From Selaginella moellendorffii (taxonomy: Eukaryota > Plantae > Lycopodiophyta), in NCBI RefSeq assembly GCF_000143415.4, contig NW_003314339.1, forward strand, positions 55,751-119,750: a DNA stretch of 64,000 bases, read 5' to 3'. Both the position numbers and the translations under genes were made by a program. This document shows positions 11,601-24,800 of this stretch, in pieces. Numbering within the stretch: position 1 is the stretch's first letter; every line of letters begins with the position of its first letter. The notes under the pieces were generated by a model. It was not told where the DNA came from. It searched no databases and was given only the letters and a program-made list of their open reading frames with translations.

Positions 11601-14600
11601 CGAAGTAACACTTGCAAAGATGGTCCTTTTGAGTATGAATACAAGAAGTTGTATTCTAGTGAGCTGGCACCTCAAAGGTAGGACCTTATGGATCGTCGGA
11701 TAACAAAGTCCAAAAAGCTGGATGACTAAAATAGAGTCAAGGAATATTCCTAAAGGATTGATGGAAGCATTTGGACTGAGTTGTGTTGTACCCCACGAAG
11801 GATGGGGGGGATCATAAGATCTAAGTATGAGAACAGAGGGTATCTCATCGATGGCAGAATGTGCCATGCTAAAGTCATGGGAAAGGTGTTCCCCAAAAAG
11901 AAAGCAATTTTGGCATAGAGTTGTGTGTGAACACTATGGTGCATAGTTGGCATGAAAAACAATTGCTTTGGTCTTGGCAAAGACCCTGACACAAGTGGGG
12001 AGTGTCATAAAGGTAAACTTGTAAAGCCGAGGGTGTGGAGATACTGAATGTGCCAAGGCATGCTGCCTTGAGGTCAAGTTGGCAGGTTCATGAGAACCCC
12101 TTCCAAAGGAATCCCAATGGAAATGGGAACGATATACCCTAAGTTAGAAGGCATGCGGTTAGAGTGTGGTGACCCAAATAATGATGGAGGTGTGGAAGCA
12201 CCAAGCAATGAGTTGTAGGACTTGACAACTATGAGGCAACTAAGCAAAAGGTGCAAAATAATTGGTTAAATTGGTAGAAGGTAACTACCTAAAACTTTTT
12301 ATTGGGATAAGGAAGCTAGATATACCCTTATGGGGGAGAAATTGTTTATGTTGCAATATAGTAAATCAATGTTATAAAGGGAATACTCATTGCTAAAGAA
12401 AGTTATCATTGGGACACCCAAACACTCTAAAACATCAGGAAGTGGTGTTTGGTGTTGCGAGGGCATTAAATAAGGCCCAAGGGACTAAGTTCCTAACGAA
12501 TGATGGATAGGAGGTGCTATCCAAATGTCCAAGGTTCTAGAGATGGGAGAAATCCGTTTACCCGATTTGGACAAAGCCAAAAATGGGATTTTGGCAAAGT
12601 TAGTGATGGGTATATAGAGGCCCATAAGTAGCAACATTAATCCCGGTGTGTGGGATTATAAGGTGAGCATGCCCAGATTGAGGAACCACTCCCTAAGCTA
12701 TTGAGTAGGTTCATCCCTATGAATACTTGTTAAGACATGGTAGAAAGTGCAAAACTATCTTCCTAGTCTGGAGGAGAATAACTAAAGGAAATATATGAGG
12801 CTAAAAGGCAAGTAGTATTGGGATGGAATTGAACCATAGAAATTGAAGGGCATAACCAGCGGTGGTTATGCAAGTTGGGAGTGGAAAATCAAGAGGGTGC
12901 TCGAGGATGTTGTTACTAGCAACCATGATGCCATGGAAAGTTTAAAATGTGGAATTATCCATGTTAGGCCATATAATGAGTAAGGAACTTGCAAAGGAGA
13001 AGCCTTAGCAAGCTAAGGAACAGAGTTCCTTGAAGGTTCCTAAAGACAAATTGAGGTAGATAAGTACCTAGAAAGCCAAGTGTAAATGGTTCCTAGAGCA
13101 CGCAAAATCAGAGTGGCGCAACAAAAGCGTGGTCTTGAAACTAGCCATGAGGTGAGGCTATCAAGGTTGAGGAAGTAATTCCTGAGTGTTTAAAGAGAGG
13201 ACTTTGAACGAAAGTTGATGGCTAAGGACTTTCACGCTTATGCATGAACCATGTTACAGTGGCTAGATGACTTGCTAAGTAAGATTGGGAAGTTAGGGGA
13301 ACAAATCCCCTAGTTGAAGGTGCTAACTTCAAAAAGGGTGGCCCATGGGGCCGAGCATGGAGGAGTCCATGCATGATCACAGATTTGCCAAATGAGAGGA
13401 CTTAGCAATGCGGAGGAACTAAGTTCCTAAGTTGTGATCTATAGCGCACTTTAACTATAAGTTGGTGAACCAGCGTGGGGAGTCATGCCAGGCATCTTGG
13501 ATGATGCTTCCGTAGATGCATATATGGAGGTTGAGTTCGAGTCCCAACCCTCTAGTGCTTGGGTTCAAGTCCCAAATCACTAGGGCGTGGTGATGGTTTG
13601 GAATATGAGGACATTCATTTTTCGGTGGTCATGGACTCTCAGTGAAGAGATTGGTTTGAGCACCGCCAAGCGAGGGATGCCTCGGAGTCGTGATGCACGG
13701 TTAGATTGCTTAGTGTGGCTCGACATATCTAACTTGAACACTTGGTGTGAGTGGCACCAAGGACGTGGTGAATGAGATAGGGACACCCAGTCTCAGTTGT
13801 TATAGACCCTTAGCCAGGAGGGCTGGCTTGGGTGCACCGCTAAGTGTGGGGGATGCCCCCGGGGTCATGGCGAACAACTTAAAGGTCTAGAAGACCTAAT
13901 ACCTATTGGCAAACCTGTTAAAGTGCCAAGGTGTGATCAGTAGGTGATCTTATAGCTAAAACAAGGACAAAGTTCTTGTGAGGTTAAGAGATAAAGTTCC
14001 TAGTTCAAAGTGTTGGTTTGAACTATTGATGATGGTGTGGCTTGGTCAAGGTGACCAAGTGGGAAGAACATCTAAGGGAAATGATTTGTGACTATGCGAT
14101 GGCATAGTGAGTCCGAAGAAAGTAGTCTCTATAAGAGACCCATGGGAGGGTCACAAAGTTGAGCCAGGGATAGAGCCTACAGTAGAAAATCCTAAAGAGA
14201 TGTACTAGGGGTGAACACCCTCTGGACTTGGCAAAGCAAAGTCTTTGCTATGGAACCAAAAGGATATCTCAAGAATGAAGGTGGTGATCTGATGTTGCTA
14301 GGTGCAGTAATCAAGGAAGGAGCAAAAAAGACTAGTGGCTAAAAAAAAAACCATGGGAATCATGGGAAAGAATCCAAAACGCAAAGTTAGGCCAAGAACA
14401 CTAATGTGTTGAGTACTAACGAATTGTGGGAAAGACAATGTGTTTCCAAGGATGAATTCCCAATTGCTTCGATTTGGCGAAAGTGGAAGCTCCAAGGCAG
14501 GGAGCAGTAAAGTAGCCAAATGATAGGGACGTGGACAGCCCTAACACGAATTAGGATAACTGGAACTTAGTGCCAAAGGTTGCACAAAATGGGAAAGAGG

Positions 14601-14961
14601 ATGATGGTGCCCTCAAATAAAGAACTTCCAAAGATGGGGAAATGGAGTTGCATAATATGTGCAATGCAACGTGTCGGAGACACTTAGGAAATTGACTTTG
14701 ACGAGTCAAATTTAAAAGATCCAGAATGCAAGTTTAACTGAGGCTACTTAGGAGTGAGTAGTGGGATTGAGATAGAGGAGATGCCTCTAACAGGTTTAGC
14801 AAGAACTAAACCAATGAAAGGGAAAGAACCACTATAGGTGGTCGATCGAGTCTTCATGTCAGAAAGGTTATATGCCTTAGAGGACGGAGAAGGCATGATG
14901 AGCCTTCAGTGTCATACCATTGACGAATATTGGCTAAGTGCTAAGGATGGAAAGGGTAATA

Positions 14962-15061
14962 NNNNNNNNNNNNNNNNNNNNNNNNNNNNNNNNNNNNNNN
15001 NNNNNNNNNNNNNNNNNNNNNNNNNNNNNNNNNNNNNNNNNNNNNNNNNNNNNNNNNNNNN
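14962..15061. other. Assembly gap
   Basis: Run of N. Confidence 1.
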
Positions 15062-17049
15062 ATAAAATTGGTTTACTGTTCAATGAGGACATCAAACTTC
15101 GTTTATGGGTGGTGGAGTTGTGAGACACAAAATCCCTAGGCCCCAAAGTGGAGCCAGAAGGGTGCCATGTGGTAGTGGCCGAAGCGAAAACCAAATGAGC
15201 GTAACACATTTGGACTAAAAGCTCCGACTTGAAAGGTTGAGAGCGGGAGTGGAACTCCCAACGAAGTGCTCAAAGAATAAGTACGAAACAAGCAATAAAT
15301 GAGTCTCTAGAAAAAGGACATAAGAGGACCAACACATAACACGTGGCAGAGTCTGAGATGGAGTTCGAGATGGACCCGAGAAGGACCCGAGATGGAGTCC
15401 CAGATGGACTCGAGATGGAGTTCAAGATGGAGTCCGAGATGGACCCGAGATGGAGTCTGAGATGGAGTCCGAGATGGACCCGAGATGGAGTTCGAGATGG
15501 ACCCAAGATGGAGTCCAAGATGGAGTTCGAGATGGACCCAAGATGGAATCCGAGATGGAGTCCGAGAAGGACCCGAGATGGAGTCTGAGGTCGAGACTGA
15601 GACCGGGACCGAGACCGGGACCGAGACTGGGACCGAGACCGAGACTGGGACCGAGACCGAGACCGAGATTGGGACTGAGACCGAGACCGAGACCGAGACC
15701 GAGGCCGAGGGCGAGACCGAGCCCGAGCCCGAGTTTGAGTCTGAGTCCGAGTCCGAGTCTGAGTCCGAGTTCAAGTTCGAGTCTGAGAGGGTGAAAGCCC
15801 AAAGCGTTCGTCTCCCAGACCCTAGGGGGTTTGGTGAGCTCCAAAAGTATAGTAAGGGGGAGGACTGCAATGGAACCAGTTTGGCCAGGAAAGGCCAGTT
15901 TGACTCAGGAAGGCTGTACCCAGTGTTGGGTGATGAGCTGCCCACTGGGAAGTCCAAGACTAGAGTGAACACGGACCAACAAGCGGGGTAGCTTGGTGAA
16001 GTGTTCAAGAGTTAGCTCTAGTTCCCCTGGGAGATCGAATGATCAATGCTCTTGTAAGCGACTAATTTTTCCATTCTACTTTAGTCACTTAACCACACCT
16101 CCGACCACTTGGAGGAGTCTCATTCACAACCTCCATAAGTCCTACTCAGGACTAGGGGCTTGCTAGCCCCGAGAATGGCATCCATGCCACTCAACCTTAG
16201 CACTTGGTCCAAGTGCTCCACGTGTCTGATCCCACGATCGACACCCCAAGGTACCACCGACGTATCGGCCCATTACGCTAAGGCCATGCCCATTTACCTT
16301 GGTCACACTGGTGGTCCAACACCACTTACATTCCAATCCCGTCTCTCAAAGACTGGGTCATCCATCCATGAGTGATCATCCCAGATCCACTCCTTAACAT
16401 CCTTAGGATGCCTACAGACATGGGGAATAGCCTTCCCCAATATCTCTGTTCCGGTCCCCACCAAGTCCCTTTCTGTCCTTGGTTGTGTTCACCAACACTG
16501 CCACTGGATCAAGGCCCACCGGCTCGACCACTAAGTCCCACTATCCTCTAGGACTTCCTCACTGTGTGACTGTGTCCTTGGTCACCACACCAGAGGGCTA
16601 CCCCTCTTCCTTTCCACAGTCTGGGACTTTGGGACACCATTTCGGAACACCGTGGCCTTACACAAGCCTCATGGGTACTCTCCCCGCCTTTCGTCTTTAG
16701 GTGCTCTAGCCATGGGCTTAGAGCGAGGTTCCGTTGAGCCACGACAGGTATCCAAGTAGGTAGTGCCACCCACACTTGGACTGGGAGCATCGGCCAGTCG
16801 ATCTCCCGGGGGAACTAAAGCCGGCTCTTGAACACTTCACCAAGCTACCCCGCTTGTCGGTCTGTGTTCACTCTAGTCTTGGACTTCCCAGTGGGCAGCT
16901 CATCACCCAACACTGGGTCCGGCCTTCCTGGGCCAAACTGGCCTTTCCTGGCCAAACTGGCTCCACTGCAGTCCTCCCCCTACTATACTTTTGGAGCTCA
17001 CCAAACCCCCCAGGGTCTGGGAGACGAACGCTTTGGGCTTTCACCCTCT

Positions 17050-17541
17050 CAGACTCGAACTCGGACTCGGACTCAGACTCGGACTCGGACTCGGACTCGG
17101 ACTCGGACTTGGACTCGGCCTCGGCCTCGGTCTCGGTCCCGGTCCCGATCTCGGTCTCAGTCTCGGTCTCGGTCTCGGTCCCGGTCTCGGTCTCGACTTC
17201 GGACTCCATCTCGGGTCCATCTCGGACTCCATCTCGGACTCCATCTCGGACTCCATCTCGGGTCCATCTCGGACTCCATCTCGGACTCCATCTTGGGTCC
17301 ATCTCGGACTCCATCTCGGGTCCATCTCGGACTCCATCTCGGACTCCATTTCGGGTCCATCTCGGGTCCACCTCGGACTCCATCTCGGACTCCATCTCGG
17401 ACTCCATCTCGGACTCCAACTCGGGTCCATTTCGGACTCCACTTCGGACTCCACTCGGGTCCATCTCGGACTCCACTTCAGACTCCAACTCGGGTCCATC
17501 TCGGACTCCACTTCGGACTCCAACTCGAGTCCATCTCGGAC
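17050..17541. repeat. LTR-internal minisatellite (12-mer TCGGACTCCATC, 6-mers TCGGAC/TCGGTC); copies at ~8915-9297, ~10021-10415, ~15350-15786, ~22880-23312
   Basis: Directly visible. Confidence 0.95.
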
Positions 17542-20500
17542 ACTTCCACGTGTCATGTGTTGGTCCTTTTGGGTCCCTTTTTGGAGCCTCGCTTTTTGCT
17601 CGCTTCGTGCTCGTTCCTCGAGCACTTCGTTGGGAGTTCCACTCCCGCTCTTGATTTTTCAAGTCGCACCTTTTGGTCCAAACGTGTTATGCTCGTTTGG
17701 CTCTCGCTTCGGCCACTACCACGTGGCGCCCTTCCGGCTCCACTTTGGGGCCTAGGGATTTTGTGTCTCACAACTCCACCACCCATAGACGAAGTTCGAT
17801 GTTCTCATCAAACGGTAAACCATTTTTTAAAGTAACACTCGCATGTGTTACCATTTCCATCCTTGGCACCTAGCCAATATTTGTCAATGGTTTGACATTG
17901 AAGGCTCACCATGCCTTCTCCATATTCGTCAATGGTTTGACACCAAAGGCTCACCATGCCTTGCCCATCCTCTAAGGAGGGCAGTCTCTCCAACTTAGAG
18001 ACTGATTGGACCACATATAGTGGTTCTCTCCTTTTATTGGTTTAGTTCTCGCTAAACTTCTTAGAGACCCTTCTCTAAGTCAATCCCACTACTCCTTCTC
18101 GAGTAGTCTCGATTTCCATCTATTGAACATTTGCACCTTGGAACTTTTACTCTTTTGACTTTTGGAAGTCAATTTCCTAGGTGTCTCCAACACCTTGCAT
18201 TGCACAGATTGTGCAACTCCACGTCCCCATCCTAGGAAGCTCATTACTTGAGGGCACCATCATCCTCTCTTCTATTTCGTGCCACCTTGGGCACTAAGTT
18301 CCATTTATCATACTTTGTGCTAGGGCTGTCCATGGCCCTATCATTTGGCTACCTTACCGCTCCCTCCCTTGGAGCTTCCACTTTCGCCAAATCAGAGCAA
18401 TTCGGAATTCATCCTTGGAAACACACTTCCTTTTCCGGAATTTGTTAGCGTCCAACACATTAGTGTTCCTCGCCTAACTTTGTCACTTGGATTCCTTCCA
18501 AGGGATTCCACGGCCCTATCTTGGCCACTCATCTTTTGCTCCTATCCGTTGATTGTTGCACCAAGCAACATCGAATCTCTACTTCCCTCCTTGAGGTATT
18601 CTTTTGATTCCATAGCAAAGGCTCTGCTTTGCCAAGACTAGAGTGTTCGCCCCTAGTAAGTCTCTTTAGCATCTTCTGCTGTGGGCTCTATCCACGGCCC
18701 AACTTTGTGACCCTCCCATGGGTCTCTTTAGAGACTACTTTCCTTGGACACACTATGCCATCGCAATGACATAGCTCATTTCCCTAGGGTGCTTTTCCCA
18801 CTTGGTCACCTTGACCAAGCCACACCATCATCAATAGTTCAAATCAACACTTTGAACTAGGAACCTTATTCCTTAACCCAAACAAGGACCTTGTCCTTAT
18901 TTAGCCACAAGATCACCTAATGATCTCACCTCAGCACCTTAACAGGTTTGCCAATAGGTACTAGGTCTTCCAGACCTTTAATTTGTTAACTACGACCCCG
19001 GGGGCATCCCCCACACTTGGCGGTGCGCCCAAGCCAGCCCTTCCGGCCAAGGGTCCATAGCAACTGAGATTAGGTGTCCCCATCTCACTCATCACGTCCT
19101 TGGTGCCACTTGCACCAAAGCGTTCAAGTTAGATATGCCGAGCTTTCACACTAAGCAATCTAACCGTGCATCACGACTCCGAGGCATCCCTCGCTTGGCG
19201 GTGTGCCCAAACCAGTCTCCCCACTGAGAGTCCATGACCACCGAAATATGAGTGTCCTCATATTCCAAACCATCACCACGCCCTAGTGATTTGGGACTTG
19301 AACCCAAGCACTAGAGGGTCGGGACTCGAACCCAACCTCCGTATATGCATCTACGGACGGCATCACACAAGATGCCTGGCGTGACTCCCCACGCTGGTGC
19401 ACCAACTTATTTTTAAAGCGCACTACAGATCACAGCTTAGGAACCTAGTTCCTCCACACTGCCAAGTCCTCTCACTTGATATGTCTGTAATCATGCATGG
19501 ACTCCTCCATGCTCGGCCCCATGGCCCACCCTTTTTGAAGTTATCACCTTCAACTAGGGTATTTGTTCCCCCGACGTGCCAATCTCGCTTGGCAAGTCCT
19601 CCGATCACTGTAACATGATTCCTGCATAAGCGTGAAAGTCTTTGCCCATCGACTTTCGTTCAAAGCCCTTTCTTTGAACACTCGGGAACTACTTCCCTAA
19701 CCTTGATAGCCTTGCCTCATGCCAAGCTTCAAGACCACGCTTCTGCTGCACCACTCTGATTTCGCGCGTTCCATGAACCATTTACACTTGGCCTTTCTAG
19801 GTACTAAACTACCTAGAATCGTCTTTGGGAACCTTGAAGGAACTCTGTCCCTCAGCTTGCTAAGGCCTCCCTTTTTGCAAGCCTTCCAAATGCCACATAG
19901 TCTAACATGGATAATTCCATAACTTAGACTCTCCATGGCATCACGGTTGCTAGTGGTAACACCCTCGAGCCCCCACTTGATTCTCCACTCCCAACTGGCA
20001 TAACCAACCTTGGTTATGCCCTTCGATTTCTATGGTTCAGTTCCATTCTAATACTACTTGCCTTTTGGCCCCATATGTTTCCTTTGGTTATTCTCCTCCA
20101 GACCAGGAGGATAGCTTTGCACTTTCTATCATGCCTTAGCAAGTATTCTTAGGGATAAACCTACCCAATAGCCCAGGGAGTGGTTCCTCAATCCGGGTAT
20201 GCTCACCTTATAATCCCACACACTGGGATTACATTGTTGCTTATGGGCCTTTACATGCCCATCACTAGCCTTGCCAAAATTCCATTCTTGGCTTTGTCCA
20301 ACTCGGGTAGACAGTCCTCTTCTGTCTCCACAACCTTGGACATTTGGATAGCACCTTCTATCCATCATTCGCTAGGGACTTAGTCCCTTGGGCTTTATCC
20401 ATTGCCCTCGCGACATCAAACACCACCTTCTGGTGTTCTAGAGTGTTCGGGTGTCCCAATGATGGCTTTCTTGACAATGAGTATTTCCTTTTATGACATT

Positions 20501-21867
20501 GACTTACTATATCGCAACACAAGCAACTTATCCCCCGTAAGGGTATATCCAACTTCCCTATGCTATTAAGAAGTCTTGGGTAGCTACTTTCTACCCGTTT
20601 AACCAGTTATTTTGCACCTCTTGCTTAGTTGCCTCATAATTGTCAAGTCCTACAACTCATTGCTTGGTGCTTTCACACCTCCATCATTATCTAGGTCACC
20701 ACACTCCAATTGCATGCTCTGCAACTTAGGCTATGCCATTCCCATTTCCACTGGGATTCCTTTGGCAAGGGGTTCTCATGAACCCACCAACATAGCCTCA
20801 AGGTATCACACCTTGGCACATTTGGTGTCTCCACACCATCGGCTCCACGAGCCTACCTCTATGACATTTCCCCTTCGTGTCTAAGTCTTTGCCAAGACCA
20901 ACACCACTCTTTCTCATGCCAACCATCCGTTAGCACTGCATCATAGAGGTCACACACAACTTCATATCAAAGTTGTTTTCTTTTGGGAACACCTTTCCCA
21001 TAACTTTAGCATGGCACATTTTGCCATCGATGAGATACCCTCTGTTCTCATCCTTGGATCCTATGATCCCCCCCCCATCCTTTGTGGGGTACAACACACT
21101 TCCGTCCAAATGCTTCCATCAATCCTTTCAGGACCATCCCTTGACTCTACTTGAGTCATCCAGCAGTTTTGGACTTGGTTAATCCATAGACCCATAAGGT
21201 CCTACTTGTGAGGCACTAGCTCACTGGAATACACTTCTTGCATTCCTGTCCTACTCAAAAGGACTATTTTCACAAGTGTTACTCTGACACTTGATTTTTT
21301 TCTCTGGGGGCAACCTTTGCCCCTTAGGACTACTTGTCCATGCGATGAGAATACCAACTCATCTCTAAGTACACCCCCCAATTCCTTGGGTTGTTCCAGC
21401 ATTTATTAAAGGTAGCCCTGGCTACCATTTCAAGGACTTGAGTCCTCTTCCGTATTTGACCTCTCATGGTCATCCATTCCGGTCTCACCTTCATGAGCAC
21501 CAGCCTCAACTATATGAGGATAATCTTGTGACTCCTTTATTGTTTTGGAGTCTCTATCTTTCCCGTGATCCCAACTATAGTTGTTTACCACAACTACCTT
21601 AGCCAATTTGCTGAGACAAATGCTCATCTGGATCACATCCTCAACTCAATGAGGAAAACCTTGCACTGTTCCCAAGATCCCAAAGTCGTTCCATTATTGG
21701 CCCTTTTCTATCCACCACCTCGCCTACAAGTTCACACATGAACTGTAATGGAGAGCCATGCCTTCCCGACTTGCTACTCCTCAAGGATAGGCCCACTCCT
21801 CGGACCTTCCGATGCCAACACTAGTGGTGATATACTTAAGCACCAATAAAAGTCGGACTAAGGAACA

Positions 21868-21879
21868 GCTCCGATACCA
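21868..21879 (-). promoter_or_regulatory. Primer-binding site (tRNA-iMet type) of element B
   Basis: TGGTATCGGAGC, 3 nt inside the 5' LTR; canonical is TGGTATCAGAGC. Confidence 0.9.
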
Positions 21880-24800
21880 AATTGTAAGCGACTAATTTTT
21901 CCATTCTACTTTAGTCACTTAACCACACCTCCGACCACTTGGAGGAGTCTCATTCACAACCTCCATAAGTCCTACTCAGGACTGGGGACTTGCTAGCCCC
22001 GAGAATGGCATCCATGCCACTCAACCTTAGCACTTGGTCCAAGTGCTCCACGTGTCTGATCCCACAATCGACACCCCAAGGTACCACCGACGTATCGGCC
22101 CATTACGCTAAGGCCATGCCCATTTACCTTGGTCACACTGGTGGTCCAACACCACCTACATTCCAATCCCGTCTCTCAAAGACTGGGTCATCCATCCATG
22201 AGTGATCATCCCAGATCCACTCCTTAACATCCTTAGGATGCTTACAGACATGGGGAATAGCCTTCCCCAATATCTCTGTTCCGGTCCCCACCAAGTCCCT
22301 TTCTGTCCTTGGTTGTGTTCACCAACACTGCCACTGGATCAAGGCCCACCGGCTCGACCACTAAGTCCCACTATCCTCTAGGACTTCCTCACTGTGTGAC
22401 TGTGTCCTTGGTCACCACACCAGAGGGCTACCCCTCTTCCTTTCCACAGTCTGGGACTTTGGGACACCATTTCGGAACACCGTGGCCTTACACAAGCCTC
22501 ATGGGTACTCTCCCCGCCTTTCGTCTTTAGGTGCTCTAGCCATGGGCTTAGAGCGAGGTTCCGTTGAGCCACGACAGGTATCCAAGTAGGTAATGCCACC
22601 CACACTTGGACTGGGAGCATCGGCCAGTCGATCTCCCGGGGGAACTAAAGCCGGCTCTTGAACACTTCACCAAGCTACCCCGCTTGTCGGTCTGTGTTCA
22701 CTCTAGTCTTGGACTTCCCAGTGGGCAGCTCATCACCCAACACTGGGTCCGGCCTTCCTGGGCCAAACTGGCCTTTCCTGGCCAAACTGGCTCCACTGCA
22801 GTCCTCCCCCTACTATACTTTTGGAGCTCACCAAACCCCCCAGGGTCTGGGAGACGAACGCTTTGGGCTTTCACCCTCTCAGACTCGAACTCGGACTCGG
22901 ACTCGGACTCGGACTCGGACTCGGACTCGGACTTGGCCTCGGCCTCGGTCTCGGTCCCGGTCCCGATCTCGGTCTCGGTCTCGGTCTCGGTCCCGGTCCC
23001 GGTCTCGGTCTCGACTTCGGACTCCATCTCGGGTCCATCTCGGACTCCATCTTGGACTCCATCTCGGACTCCATCTTGGACTCCATCTCGGACTCCATCT
23101 CGGGTCCATCTCGGACTCCATCTCGGGTCCATCTCGGACTCCATCTCGGACTCCATTTCGGGTCCATCTCGGGTCCACCTCGGACTCCATCTTGGACTCC
23201 ATCTCGGACTCCATCTCGGACTCCACTCGGGTCCATCTCGGACTCCACTTCGGACTCCACTCGGGTCCATCTCGGACTCCACTTTGGACTCCAACTCGGG
23301 TCCATCTCGGACACTTCCACGTGTCATGTGTTGGTCCTTTTGGGTCCCTTTTTGGAGCCTCGCTTTTTGCTCGCTTCGTGCTCGTTCCTCGAGCACTTCG
23401 TTGGGAGTTCCACTCCCGCTCTTGACTTTTCAAGTCGGAGCTTTTGGTCCAAACGTGTTACGCTCGTTTGGCTCTCGCTTCGGCCACTACCACGTGGCGC
23501 CCTTCCGGCTCCACTTTGGGGCCTAGGGATTTTGTGTCTCACAGCTCCTAGTCCAAGTGTGGGTGGCACTACCTACTTGGATACCTGGCGTGGCTCAACA
23601 GAACCTTGCTCTAAGCCCATGGCTAGAGCACCCCAAGGTGGAAGGTGGGGAGAGTACCCATGAGATTTGTGTAGGGCCACGGTGTTTCGAAATGTTGTCC
23701 CAAAAGCCCAGACTGTGGAAAGGATGAGGAGTAGTCCTTTACAGTCGGGTGGTGAGGAAGTCCCAGAAGACCGTGGGACTTAGTGGTCGGGCTTGTGGGC
23801 CTCGATCCAGTGGCAGTGTTGGCAAACACGGCCATGGGCAGAAAGGGACTTAGTGGGGACTGGAAAAGGGATATTGGGGAAAGCTATTCCTCATGTGTGT
23901 GGGCATCCTAAGGATGCTAAGGAGTGGATCTGGAATGATCACTCATGGACGGATGGCTTAGTCTTTGAGAGACGGGACTGTGATGTAGGTGGTGTTAGGC
24001 CACCGGTGTGACCAAGGTGAATGGGCATGGCCTTAGCGTAACGGGCTGATATGTCGGTGGTACCTTGGGGTGTCAGTCTTGGGATCGAACACGTGGAGCA
24101 CTTGGATGAAGTGCAATGGTTGAGTGGCATGGATGCCATTTTTGGGGCTAGCAAGTCCCTAAGTTCAAAATAAGACTTATGGAGGTTGTGAATGAGACTC
24201 CTCCAAGTGGTCAGAGGTGTGGTTAAGTGACTAAATTAGAATGGAAAATTTAGTTGCTTACAGGCGTCAGGCTAAACTCAATGGCAGTGTTGGCGAGCAT
24301 TGCCAAAGATAGAGAGGGATTTAGCAGGGACTAAAGAAAGGATATTGGGGAAGGGTATTCCCCCATATCTCCAGGCATCTTAAGGATGCTAAGGTGTGGT
24401 TATGGGATGATCACTAATAGACAAATAGTTCAATCTTTGGGAGAGGGACTATGGTGTAAGTGGTTTTGGACTACCTCTGTGATAAAAGGGAATAGATATG
24501 GCCTTAGCGTAACAGGTAAAGATGTCAGTGGTACTTTTGGGTGTCTGTCGTGGAATCAAGCATATAGAGCACTTGAACCAAGTGTTATAACAAAGTGGTA
24601 TAGAGGCTATTCACAGGGCTAGTAAGTCCTTAAGTTAGGAATAAGACTTATATATGTTATAAGTGAGACACCTCCAAATGATTAAAGGTATGGTTAAGTG
24701 ACTAAAGTAAAATAGAAAATTTAGTTGTTTACACTAGACTAATACTTCTCAAACCCATATTCTAAGTATCTTAAAACACCTTAATTAAATGGAAAAGGGG

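Larger units (their letters stand above)
16053..23543 (-). mobile_element. LTR retroelement B (young, structurally complete, no recognisable pol), inserted in the 3' LTR of A
   Basis: LTRs 16053-17772 and 21883-23543, TGTAAG...CTCACA, near-identical. TSD GCTCT/GCTCC; the uninterrupted site GATGCTCCTAGTCC is visible at ~10673. Confidence 0.95.
9792..24262 (+). mobile_element. LTR retroelement A, inserted in LTR C
   Basis: TG...CA ends with TSD GGTGT/GGCGT. 5' LTR 9792-~11404 (its end and the PBS are deleted). PPT-like ATGGGTGGTGGAGT precedes the 3' LTR, which is 15119-16052 plus 23544-24262. Confidence 0.9.
8251..24733 (+). mobile_element. Old degenerate LTR (element C), split into 8251-~8351, ~8890-9791 and 24263-24733
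   Basis: Starts TGTGAGACATAAATCCCTAAGCCCC, contains a decayed GATGGAGTCCGA array, resumes after 24262 colinearly with the family LTR and ends TTAGTTGTTTACA. No TSD recognised. Confidence 0.75.

Noticed and set aside
17050-17541. CRISPR-like array
   Set aside because: Contiguous 6/11/12-bp units without unique spacers; eukaryotic LTR context; no cas genes.
9888-23663. Long low-complexity ORFs (GLGLG, SDSIS, PRWSPRW, ETETE, up to 335 aa)
   Set aside because: Open in nearly all frames on both strands because they are translations of the stop-free LTR minisatellite.
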